A stretch of 64,000 bases of DNA, taken from assembly GCA_947478845.1 (NCBI GenBank), contig CANJXC010000003.1:177659-241658 (forward strand), given 5' to 3'. Within the stretch, counting starts at the first letter, position 1, and the number at the start of each line of letters is the position of its first letter. This document shows positions 37,111 to 45,397 of the stretch, one piece after another. Position numbers and translations under genes: made by a program. The stretch is from Spirochaetales bacterium. GTDB lineage: Bacteria; Spirochaetota; Spirochaetia; JABEVK01. A model generated the notes under the pieces. It saw only the letters and a list, made by a program, of their open reading frames with translations, ran no database searches and was not told the origin of the DNA.

Positions 37111-38989
37111 ACCTTTGTGTGGCCACGTTGAGTTGGTTATAGACAACTACCAAGCCTATTATGCTCATAAAAATCAGCACTGAAAACAGGATGAGTGCGG
37201 CCGTCGTCAGGGGAAAAACGTCCACCAAGCCACCGGCGACAAGTCGTCCGCTCCAAACAAGAAACTCCAGAACAAAATTGATAACAAACGGCAATATGGG
37301 AAACATAAACCACCAGCGTTTCCGGCTCTCTTTTGCCCGAAAATGCCAAGAAAAGGCGAAAACAAGCAAAAAAACCGCGAAGTAGCCTAGGGGCGAAACC
37401 AATCTGGAAACAAACTCTGACTGGAGGGGAATCGAGGTGTATCCGAGAGCGGCTATCGTCTGACCCTCGGTCAGTAGGCCCCAGGTTTCCAGCGTTTGCG
37501 GCCCTGGCTGGTTGGCACTGATCACTTGCAGGTCTCGTACCGTCAGGTTAGGAACAAATCGAGGTGAACTCGCCAAATCATCGTCCTGCATCGGTTCGCC
37601 GGAAGTGGTGTCGTACAGATTCTCGGGTGTCTCAATAAAGACCTGAGGGAAGTCGGGCATGGCCTTGTCTTTTTCCCAAACCTGGAACTCCACACCCTTG
37701 TCGGACCACCGCCCATAAGGAGCCTTCCAGTGGAGCAACGGTTTGCCGGCCACCGAGAACCGGAAAAACTCAAAGTCCTTGACATAAACACCGTGAGCTG
37801 TGTCGAGCAGTTTTCCGATGCGAACCACCTCACGGGGAACGCTGCTGTTGAGGAATACCAAGTTTTCGGACCCTGGTACGTGGAACAAGACGTCCATTTC
37901 CTGACGAAACAAAACCGAATCTCGCAAAGCTTCTAACGAGAGTTTCCAGTAGCGGTCAACCTCTGCATCGTTGGGATCTTCGGCGTGAAGTTCTTGAAAG
38001 CCATAATAGGCTTCGATGTAGTTCTGAAAATTGTAGTCCCCCAAGCTCTTTCCCTTGCGGAAGAAGTAGCTGGCTTTCAGTCTCTCGTCGGTGAGCAGGG
38101 TGCGCTCGCGGATCTTCGACCACGAAGCATCGATCAATTCACGCACCTGAGCCCAATCTTCCTCGGATACTTTAAGGCCGTGATCGATGGAACTCAACAT
38201 CCGGCGGTAGGCTGTGTAGGCGTAAAGGTTGGCTTGGAACTCGGCATCGTTGGCGCCACCTTCCAGCTCAGCACGCGAGCGAGTCAGCAAATCGGCAACC
38301 GTGGCTTCAGTCTCTGAAAAAGCCTTTTCGACTCCCGGCAAGAGGCGCAAGCGGAAAAACTCTTCCATGTCGAGGTGGGTCTTGATAATTTGAAGCTCAA
38401 AATCGTAATCGAGACGCTCGCTACCAGCGTAAGAGTTTTGTTTGGGCCTCAGGGTACCAAGGCGTTGGATCAAGCTCAGGCGGGCTTCCACGTCAAGCGG
38501 ATCTGAAGTGGTCAACCCCGCCTTTTTCAGGTCGAGATAGGCGCTCTCCAATTGCCGGGCCTGCGCCTGGCGAAAACTAATCGCGTCTGTTTTGGCTCCC
38601 AGCCATGGTTGTACAAACAACACCAGAAGTGCCACAATTCCTGCGGTTAGAATGGCGAGAAGAGAAATGCTGACAAGCGCCGCCGATGCGGGTATTCCCT
38701 TGGAAGAGCCAACGGGAAGTTCATCGGGTCGCAGCCAAAACGAAAAAGCAAGCATCACCGCGCAAAGTCCCAAACCAGGGATGGAGTCGACTACTTCTGC
38801 AAGGGTTTCGTAGAGCAGTCCATCCCAAAGGTCTTCGGGCAACCAAACCATTGGCAAAGTGAACCACGTTGGGAGGAGCACCCCAAGACCTAGGCGGCCG
38901 ACAACAATTAGTGCTGCGGCGGCAATCGAGAGCAGGAACATAATCGAGAACTTCTGTCCAACCTTACTCATCGTTTGGCTTTCCACCAC
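37094..38989 (-). CDS. Large polytopic membrane protein, hypothetical (631 aa)
   Basis: N-terminal and C-terminal TM clusters flanking a soluble domain of about 350 aa; last gene of the PspA-containing same-strand array. Confidence 0.5.
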   Translation of the reverse strand: MVESQTMSKVGQKFSIMFLLSIAAAALIVVGRLGLGVLLPTWFTLPMVWLPEDLWDGLLYETLAEVVDSIPGLGLCAVMLAFSFWLRPDELPVGSSKGIPASAALVSISLLAILTAGIVALLVLFVQPWLGAKTDAISFRQAQARQLESAYLDLKKAGLTTSDPLDVEARLSLIQRLGTLRPKQNSYAGSERLDYDFELQIIKTHLDMEEFFRLRLLPGVEKAFSETEATVADLLTRSRAELEGGANDAEFQANLYAYTAYRRMLSSIDHGLKVSEEDWAQVRELIDASWSKIRERTLLTDERLKASYFFRKGKSLGDYNFQNYIEAYYGFQELHAEDPNDAEVDRYWKLSLEALRDSVLFRQEMDVLFHVPGSENLVFLNSSVPREVVRIGKLLDTAHGVYVKDFEFFRFSVAGKPLLHWKAPYGRWSDKGVEFQVWEKDKAMPDFPQVFIETPENLYDTTSGEPMQDDDLASSPRFVPNLTVRDLQVISANQPGPQTLETWGLLTEGQTIAALGYTSIPLQSEFVSRLVSPLGYFAVFLLVFAFSWHFRAKESRKRWWFMFPILPFVINFVLEFLVWSGRLVAGGLVDVFPLTTAALILFSVLIFMSIIGLVVVYNQLNVATQRFRERR

Positions 38990-39899
38990 GCGGCTTGGTC
39001 AGCATGGTCATAAAAAATAAGGCTAATCCCGCCAAGGCGATCCAACCCACCGGAAGCCAGTCCTGCAAGAACGTAGCACCGGGCCACCATTGCTGAACCA
39101 CCTGTGGCAAACTGACTAAACTGTAAGCGAGGAACCCAAGCTCGACTCGGGTCATGAAGAGCACCAAGATGATTTGCAACAGCGGCCAAGCCTTGAACGA
39201 GAAGAACACAAAGAGTCCAAGGAAAAGAAGTGTCACAACCGCGCATTGCGCCAAATAGAGGAGAGCCTGGGTTTCCTGACTGCCCTTTAACACCTGATAG
39301 ATCACAAAAAGGTCGTTCTGAAGTGACTTAAGGAACTCGGGGTAACCGAAGTACGCTCGCTCGGGACCCGTCTGTTGCAGTGATTTTGGACCACCCTGCT
39401 CACCTGGAAGCAAGAATCGCTGGTTGAGTGGATCAAACCCAACGCCCTCGAGCATAGTCATCGGCGACTGATTGCCTGGTATGGAAAGTACACCGCGGGT
39501 GAATTGCCCTGCTACGGTCTGCCCGGGAGGCGCAAACAGCACTCCCTTGTCTTCGAGCATCAGGAACCGACCAGGGACTAACAACGGTGCATCAGGGGAG
39601 CGGATGGAAGGGGCCTTGTCGATAGCAGGAAATGAAAACAGCAACAGGAAGAACAAACCACCCGCCAGGAAAAGCCAGGTGAAAGCGAATCGACCCGGAT
39701 AATGGACCGAACGGTACTGAGCCGCAATAAGGGCTATCAAAAGAGCGGGAAACAGCGCAGCAGCCCAAGGGCTCCCGAAGATAAGGCCCCGGCCGCCAGG
39801 CACCAGCAGATTGTAAAGGAAGTATTCTCCCACCACAAAAAGCGCGGTCATGGCAAACAGGAGGCTGAATACCAGCAAGTTGACCACAGAGTCTTTCAC
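38964..39899 (-). CDS. Polytopic membrane protein, hypothetical (311 aa)
   Basis: Multiple hydrophobic helices; overlaps the downstream membrane protein gene. Confidence 0.5.
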   Translation of the reverse strand: MKDSVVNLLVFSLLFAMTALFVVGEYFLYNLLVPGGRGLIFGSPWAAALFPALLIALIAAQYRSVHYPGRFAFTWLFLAGGLFFLLLFSFPAIDKAPSIRSPDAPLLVPGRFLMLEDKGVLFAPPGQTVAGQFTRGVLSIPGNQSPMTMLEGVGFDPLNQRFLLPGEQGGPKSLQQTGPERAYFGYPEFLKSLQNDLFVIYQVLKGSQETQALLYLAQCAVVTLLFLGLFVFFSFKAWPLLQIILVLFMTRVELGFLAYSLVSLPQVVQQWWPGATFLQDWLPVGWIALAGLALFFMTMLTKPRGGKPNDE

Positions 39900-39976
39900 G
39901 GATAAACCATACCACGGTCACCCTTTACGGTTCAAGGAAGACGGTAGCCGGTTCCCCGATCTGTGATGATCATCCT

Positions 39977-40528
39977 CTATGGCTCCTTCAGCACGAGCGT
40001 GGCCAGATGCCGACGCAAACGGTGGGCCACCGTGGCCAGTACCCGCGAGCTCGGCCTCGTCTGGTTACCGTAAATTGCCGAATTGAGAGCCTCCACCGAA
40101 ACCGTTCTCCCTTGGCGCTCCGCCAAAAAACCCAGCAAATCGGCCTCGAGAGGTGTGAGCTGAACCTCTTTTCCCCCCGAGGACAACAGGGTTCCGTTCA
40201 GATGCCAGGACGTTCCCAGCGAAGTCCAGTTCCGCACCCTTGACCTTCTCAAGGTGGCACGAAGGAATAGTTCGTCCGGCGACCACGGTTCTTTGAGGTA
40301 GTCCAACGCGCCCCTGAGAAAAGCCGACCGAAGGAGGGTCGACTCGCCATAGACCAAAATCTCGGCAAAAGGTTCCCCTGTAGGTGGCCAAGCTCTCGCT
40401 AAATATTCGCTTGCGGGCACCACCAAAATATCCCACGGCCCGGGGATGAAAAAAGGGGCGCACTCTACAGTGGCCCCTTCCTTCGACGCGCCCTTCAGGA
40501 GGGTAAAACGTTCATCCATTTCCCCCAT
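39977..40528 (-). CDS. OmpR/PhoB-family winged-helix regulator with a degenerate (Asp-less) receiver domain
   Basis: C-terminal trans_reg_C-like region (LTPLEADLLGFLAERQGRTVSVEAL); N-terminal region retains the ALDYLKEPWSPDELFLRA (receiver alpha4-beta5) pattern, but the phospho-acceptor position reads EILVYGES. Confidence 0.55.
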   Translation of the reverse strand: MGEMDERFTLLKGASKEGATVECAPFFIPGPWDILVVPASEYLARAWPPTGEPFAEILVYGESTLLRSAFLRGALDYLKEPWSPDELFLRATLRRSRVRNWTSLGTSWHLNGTLLSSGGKEVQLTPLEADLLGFLAERQGRTVSVEALNSAIYGNQTRPSSRVLATVAHRLRRHLATLVLKEP

Positions 40529-40539
40529 GAAAAGAATCT

Positions 40540-41265
40540 TCAGGACGATTTGCTCCCCGAGTCTTGAGCTACGGCGACTGTAGAACCCTCTTGAGCCTTC
40601 ATTTTAGCTTTGAGGTCTTCGAGCAGAAACTCTGCACCCTTGGGGCCCGATTCCAGTTCCTTGAATTGCTTTTCCAGGCTTGCAGTTCCACTCAGGTCTT
40701 CCAGTTCCACCGCCGCACTGGCCTCAGCCTCCATTTGGTCAACTTTGTTTGCCATGCGGTCGAAGGCGTCAAAAGCCGAATTGTTTGACATGCTCCCCAT
40801 GGTTTCAGAAATCTTTTTCTGGGCCTCGGCGCGCTTGGCACGGGCAATCAGGATGTTCTTCTTTCGAGAAGCTTCCTCAATCTTGGACTGCAGTTGCCTC
40901 AGCGAGTCTTTGAGCTTTTCGACCGATTGGTGCTGAAGTTCAAACTGTTGCTTGAACTGCACGGAATAGTCTTGGTATTCCTTCTGACGCACCAGAGCTT
41001 CTTTCGCCAGATCGTCTCGACTGCTCTTGACAGCCAAAATCGCCTTGTTTTCCCAGTCCGTGGCAAGTGCCTGATTTTCCTGATACTGGCGCTCGAGCCG
41101 TTTTTCATCGGCAATTGCGGAAGCCACAGCCTTCTTGTTCTCAAGAAGTTGCTCGTTCATATCAATGATGGTCTGTTCAAGGATCTTCTGGGGGTCTTCC
41201 GCCTTGCTGATCGCGGCGTTGATGTTCGACTTGAACACACGCTTGAAGTTGTCCCATATTCCCAT
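40540..41265 (-). CDS. pspA: PspA/IM30 (Vipp1/LiaH) family protein
   Basis: 241 aa coiled-coil protein; N-terminus MGIWDNFKRVFKSNINAAISKAEDPQKILEQTIIDMNEQL typical of the PspA/IM30 family. Confidence 0.85.
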   Translation of the reverse strand: MGIWDNFKRVFKSNINAAISKAEDPQKILEQTIIDMNEQLLENKKAVASAIADEKRLERQYQENQALATDWENKAILAVKSSRDDLAKEALVRQKEYQDYSVQFKQQFELQHQSVEKLKDSLRQLQSKIEEASRKKNILIARAKRAEAQKKISETMGSMSNNSAFDAFDRMANKVDQMEAEASAAVELEDLSGTASLEKQFKELESGPKGAEFLLEDLKAKMKAQEGSTVAVAQDSGSKSS

Positions 41266-41280
41266 GATCGTGCTCCTTGG

Positions 41281-41673
41281 CTAGTTACGGTACTTGGTCA
41301 GGATGGTGTAATGCTGGATTAAGGCCAGCCCAATCTCGTCAAAAGCTCCCTGCAGTTCTTCCAAATCGAGAGTCTGCAGAATGAACGAGTTCGACAAGAT
41401 GAGGTGCTCGCCTTCCACGGCATAGGCCACATGGAAAAGGTCGTTGGCATTCATACGCAAGACCGTCTCGAAGAAAGGCTCGCGATTCTTTTGAGGCAAG
41501 GGCATCACGGTCACGCGAACGATGACAATCGGGTCTTCAATGACGACAACCACTTGGTGCACCCCGGCATCGTCGTCCGTGACCACCCAAGTTCCCTCAC
41601 CGATGAGCTGATAGGTCAGACCCAAGGTAATGAAATACCCTTCGAGTTTGTTCTTGGCCTCGGTCAGATCCAT
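41281..41673 (-). CDS. YbjN-domain protein
   Basis: About 130 aa; YbjN-like pattern (putative sensory transduction regulator/T3SS-chaperone-like fold); internal ATG start (MDLTEAKNK). Confidence 0.5.
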   Translation of the reverse strand: MDLTEAKNKLEGYFITLGLTYQLIGEGTWVVTDDDAGVHQVVVVIEDPIVIVRVTVMPLPQKNREPFFETVLRMNANDLFHVAYAVEGEHLILSNSFILQTLDLEELQGAFDEIGLALIQHYTILTKYRN

Positions 41674-41683
41674 GGCCTTGAAG

Positions 41684-42241
41684 TCACCCAAGGAAGACCT
41701 GGCCCCCATTGTCTATGGCCAAGATGGTTTTGCATTCTGAGCAACGGAACCGACCCGGGCGAGCGGCACGGAGTTTCTTGCTGCAGATAGGGCAACCAAA
41801 GGTTTTGGGGAAAAGCTCAGCTCCAGCGCCTTCGGCAACTGCTCCACCCTTGTAAAACTTCACGGCGTCTTCTGCGGTGTCCTTGATGTTGAAAAATTGG
41901 GAGAAGCCCAATAGCTGAAACACTTCGTAGACCTTGGGCTGAATTTCAAGAAGCACAATATCGCCCCCCTTGGGCTTAACTTGCTTCAGAAACGCCGTAA
42001 ACGACCCAATGCCTGTGCTGGAAACGTAGTTCAACCCGGAACACTGGAAAATGATTCGGGTGAATCCAGCGTCGATGGCTTTAGAAACCCGCTTTTGAAA
42101 AAAGTTGGAGTTGTAGGTGTCGATGTAGCCTGTCAGAAACAAAAAAAGGCAATTTTCCACATCGTCGACACGCTGAAGCCGGATCTTAAGACTGTCGTCT
42201 TTTTCATCATCAAAGCCAGAAACGACTTCGTTGTTATTCAT
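41684..42241 (-). CDS. STAS-domain protein (anti-sigma-factor-antagonist-like) with a C-terminal CxxC...CxxC zinc ribbon
   Basis: STAS-like core (FLFLTGYID...IIFQCSGLNYVSSTGIGSFTAFLKQVK...VLLEIQPKVYEVFQLLGF) followed by CPICSKK...CSECKT. Confidence 0.6.
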   Translation of the reverse strand: MNNNEVVSGFDDEKDDSLKIRLQRVDDVENCLFLFLTGYIDTYNSNFFQKRVSKAIDAGFTRIIFQCSGLNYVSSTGIGSFTAFLKQVKPKGGDIVLLEIQPKVYEVFQLLGFSQFFNIKDTAEDAVKFYKGGAVAEGAGAELFPKTFGCPICSKKLRAARPGRFRCSECKTILAIDNGGQVFLG

Positions 42242-42300
42242 GAAACCCTCTCATTGATCAAGACGTGCTCGCAAGGCCCCGCAGCGGACGGTAAGACGTT

Positions 42301-42329
42301 ATTATAGAAAAGCTGCTGCCCTTTGTCAA
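42301..42329 (-). promoter_or_regulatory. Perfect consensus sigma70-type promoter (TTGACA-17 nt-TATAAT) reading into the STAS/YbjN/PspA gene array
   Basis: Minus-strand sequence TTGACAaagggcagcagcttttcTATAAT; -10 about 55 nt upstream of the STAS gene ATG; GAGAGGG SD before the ATG. Confidence 0.55.
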
Positions 42330-42387
42330 ATTTCAACCTTGACCCCAAGGTAGTTTAGATTTTACACTTCGGGCAAAGGATTTCAAT

Positions 42388-42834
42388 ATGCAACGCCTGT
42401 TTTTCGGGATATTTGTCCTGTTTTTGGCCCTGCCACTGTGGTCGAAAGACCTGAGTTTTTCAGGCAGAGTCGCCCTCGACAAGACAATTGCATCCTTTGG
42501 GACCGAAAGTCCTGTAGCCGGTACGCTTTACCTTCTCACGGGGTCGGCAGGTTCGGTGACGCTCCTATCCGAAGAACCCTTTGCCGCCGAAGTGGATTTT
42601 GTGGAAGCCCAGTGGCTGTCGGAACAGGAATTGTTTTCCTCCCATGTCTTGCTCGCCTTCGACGGTTCTGACTGGGCCACTACAGTGGTTGCACGTAAGC
42701 CCCGCAAAGGCTTTGAATCGTTGGTTTACCCTTACCGCAAGTTTCAGGTCGCGGCTGTGTTCGACAAGATGCTTCGCACGGCAACGGGTAACATACCCCG
42801 ATTTAGGGTGGTTGCCATTCCTTTGCTTTTCTAG
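42388..42834 (+). CDS. Small secreted hypothetical protein
   Basis: Signal peptide MQRLFFGIFVLFLALPLWS; 148 aa; divergent from the PspA array. Confidence 0.5.
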   Translation: MQRLFFGIFVLFLALPLWSKDLSFSGRVALDKTIASFGTESPVAGTLYLLTGSAGSVTLLSEEPFAAEVDFVEAQWLSEQELFSSHVLLAFDGSDWATTVVARKPRKGFESLVYPYRKFQVAAVFDKMLRTATGNIPRFRVVAIPLLF

Positions 42835-43850
42835 GACTCCTCGAGGTCGAGGTGACGGTCCTCGAGAATCTTGGGTTCGTGCAAGACCTGGGCGCGGGTC
42901 AGCACATTTTTGAGTTGTCTCAGGTTTCCTGGCCACTCGTATCCCACCAGCTTGGCGATCGCTGAGTGAGAAACCCGTATTTTGGAAAAATGCTTCACAA
43001 GCATGGGAATGTCCTCGCGGCGTTCGCGCAAGGGTGGCATCTTTAGGGCGAGCAGGTTGATCCGATAGTAAAGGTCCTTTCTAAAGGCACCTAGCCTAAC
43101 CTGCTCGGATAAATTGCGGTTGGTGGCGCAGATGAGCCGCACGTCCACCTTTTCAGTTTTGCTTGTGCCTACCCTTTGGAGTTCCTGGTTCTCAATAGCC
43201 CGAAGTAGCTTGGCTTGTATTTCGTAGGGCAGCTCCCCTATCTCGTCAAGAAACAAGGTGCCACTCGCAGCTTCCTGAAAGTATCCTTCACGGTTTTCTG
43301 CGTCGGTGTAGGCTCCTTTCAGGCTCCCAAAAAGTTGCGACTCGGCGAGATTTGCTGGAATAGCACTGCAGTTCACAGCAACGAAACGGCCCCTGCGGCC
43401 CGACAATTCGTGCGCCAGATTGGCGGCGAGGTCTTTGCCGGTGCCATTTTCCCCAGTAAGCAGCAAGGGGTGTGCTGTAAGGGCCACTTTGAGAAGGTGT
43501 TTCTTGAACTCGAGAATAGGGCGCGAAACTCCGACCAGTCGATGAACGGGGTGCCAACGTGGACGCCGGCCCATCTCAGAAAACAAGACGATCTCCCAAT
43601 CGGAAGGGCTACACACCAGGCCTTTCACGTCTACGGGAAGGACAGGAATACCGAGGGCAAACGGGGCCTCCGAGGGTTCGTCACAGCGATCCAAACTAAG
43701 AGCAAGGTCAAAAGTGTTCTCGTCGGCGGCGAGATCACTCCAAGAACCGACCTGAACGGGATCAACGGTCGTGGGGAGTTGGGAGACTACACTTTTGCAG
43801 GCCGAGTCGTCCCCGCCCAGCACCGCTACTCGCAAGTGGAAGAGATTCAT
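42831..43850 (-). CDS. NtrC-like AAA+ regulator (sigma54-activator family) lacking a C-terminal HTH and with a variant GAFTGA motif
   Basis: Walker A GENGTGKD; ESQLFG; GAYTDA where GAFTGA is expected; Walker B TLFLDEIGEL; sensor-II-like REDIPMLVKHF; ends about 25 aa after the AAA+ core; N-terminal 100 aa receiver-like. Confidence 0.7.
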   Translation of the reverse strand: MNLFHLRVAVLGGDDSACKSVVSQLPTTVDPVQVGSWSDLAADENTFDLALSLDRCDEPSEAPFALGIPVLPVDVKGLVCSPSDWEIVLFSEMGRRPRWHPVHRLVGVSRPILEFKKHLLKVALTAHPLLLTGENGTGKDLAANLAHELSGRRGRFVAVNCSAIPANLAESQLFGSLKGAYTDAENREGYFQEAASGTLFLDEIGELPYEIQAKLLRAIENQELQRVGTSKTEKVDVRLICATNRNLSEQVRLGAFRKDLYYRINLLALKMPPLRERREDIPMLVKHFSKIRVSHSAIAKLVGYEWPGNLRQLKNVLTRAQVLHEPKILEDRHLDLEES

Positions 43851-43892
43851 AACGTACCAACTTTCTGTAATGTAGATTGATTACTACAACAG

Positions 43893-44648
43893 TCAGTTCT
43901 TTCGTTTCAATCTGTACACCAAAAGAAGCAGTCCATACCAAAGGTAGTTGAACACCCGCATCATCCGGAAAGGATTGACAATGGCACGCGACAATTCGTG
44001 AGTTCCCTTGCGGAAGCTAGGCCGGGTAGGACGTTTCTTGTGTTGAGCCATGATGGAATAGGCATCTTCCGAAAAAAGACTGATTCGGAACGGCAACCCC
44101 TTGCCCTTTCGAAAGATCCACTTTTCACGCCCTAGCACACCTGGGCCAAGGAACAACACCGTTGGGGTGGCTTTCTGAATGGCCGTCAAGATGGGCCCTT
44201 CGCTTTCGCGGGTATAGAAACCGGTATGGCGCCCAACCAGATTCAGGCCTGGAAAGGTGGCCCGCATAGTAGCGGCGACGGTCTGGAGACCGTTCAAGTT
44301 CTCGCCCAGAAGATAGATCGTATGCCGTTTTTCCTCGAGCGCACCGAGAAGCTTGATGGTGAAGTCAAACGGATGGTGGCGTACGGGCGAGGGAAGCCCC
44401 AAGAAACGGCAACCGAACTCGAGAGACTTTGATACCGGAACGATCAGCCTCGCTGACTTGAGGTGAGACAGAAGTTCTGGGTCTCGATTGGCCTTCATTA
44501 GCCCGCGGAAAGTGAGAAAGACAATGGTTTTCTGACCCACAGAGGCGGCAAACTCGAGCGCAATGCGCCCTATTTCAGACTCAGGAACGATGTCGAGAGG
44601 GACTTTCAGCAGATGGGTTCGCTTTATACCGTCATGGGAACTGTCCAT
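43893..44648 (-). CDS. WecB/TagA/CpsF-family glycosyltransferase (GT26)
   Basis: 251 aa; family pattern (IYLLGENLNGLQTVAATMRATFPGLNLVG...PTVLFLGPGVLGREKW). Confidence 0.65.
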   Translation of the reverse strand: MDSSHDGIKRTHLLKVPLDIVPESEIGRIALEFAASVGQKTIVFLTFRGLMKANRDPELLSHLKSARLIVPVSKSLEFGCRFLGLPSPVRHHPFDFTIKLLGALEEKRHTIYLLGENLNGLQTVAATMRATFPGLNLVGRHTGFYTRESEGPILTAIQKATPTVLFLGPGVLGREKWIFRKGKGLPFRISLFSEDAYSIMAQHKKRPTRPSFRKGTHELSRAIVNPFRMMRVFNYLWYGLLLLVYRLKRKN

Positions 44649-45397
44649 TGCGACCTCTCCTGAAGAATGATGTTAACCGCTGCCACCGCGGCAAGGGAGG
44701 CTGTTTCTGCTCTCAGAATCGCCGGCCCCAACCAAACGGGAAAAGCGCCGTGAGCTTGTAAATCGGCAAGCTCCCCGTTGGAGAGCCCGCCTTCCGGGCC
44801 AACCACCAAACCTAGATGCGCAGACTTTTCAGCAAGATAGCGGTGCAGACCCGGCTTGACTAGGGGGTCGGAAGGCTGGATTGGCACCTGATGAAAAAAC
44901 AGCAAAGGCCCACGACGCGACCACCATTCTGAAATGGCTCGCGATTCGAGCGGCATATAAATCTCGCAGAGAGCATTGCCCGACTGCTGAGCAGCCTGCC
45001 TTGCGATGGTATTCCATCGAATCTGCTTTTTCTGGGAATCGCTGGCATCGTGAAACCGGCTGATGCAATGGTCACCGAGCACCGGTACCACGGCCGCCAC
45101 ACCCGCCTCGCAGGCTTGGCGAATCACATCATCGAGCTTATTGGACTTGAGCAAGAAAGGAAATAGCACCACGGAAGTGGGGCTACGATCGAGAGTTTCG
45201 GTTGCAATCACCGTCAATTCGAGCTCTTCCTTACCCAAACGAGAGACCTCTGCACACAGACGCTGATCACCGCAAAGTGCCATCAGGCGGTCGCCGGCTT
45301 CCACTCGCCGAACATGGACCAAATAGTGATAATCGGGCCCGCGCAATACGTATTGGTCCTGGCCGGCAGCATCCGGAGGCAGAACCAGTTGCTTCAT
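44624..45397 (-). CDS. rsmE: 16S rRNA (uracil1498-N3)-methyltransferase
   Basis: RsmE architecture (N-terminal PUA-like domain, C-terminal SPOUT domain with VGPEGG motif); internal ATG start overlaps the ctpA stop (ATGA). Confidence 0.8.
   Translation of the reverse strand: MKQLVLPPDAAGQDQYVLRGPDYHYLVHVRRVEAGDRLMALCGDQRLCAEVSRLGKEELELTVIATETLDRSPTSVVLFPFLLKSNKLDDVIRQACEAGVAAVVPVLGDHCISRFHDASDSQKKQIRWNTIARQAAQQSGNALCEIYMPLESRAISEWWSRRGPLLFFHQVPIQPSDPLVKPGLHRYLAEKSAHLGLVVGPEGGLSNGELADLQAHGAFPVWLGPAILRAETASLAAVAAVNIILQERSQWTVPMTV

Noticed and set aside
43215-43880. 221-aa plus-strand ORF inside the bEBP-like gene
   Set aside because: Antisense to conserved AAA+ motifs of the regulator; no independent support
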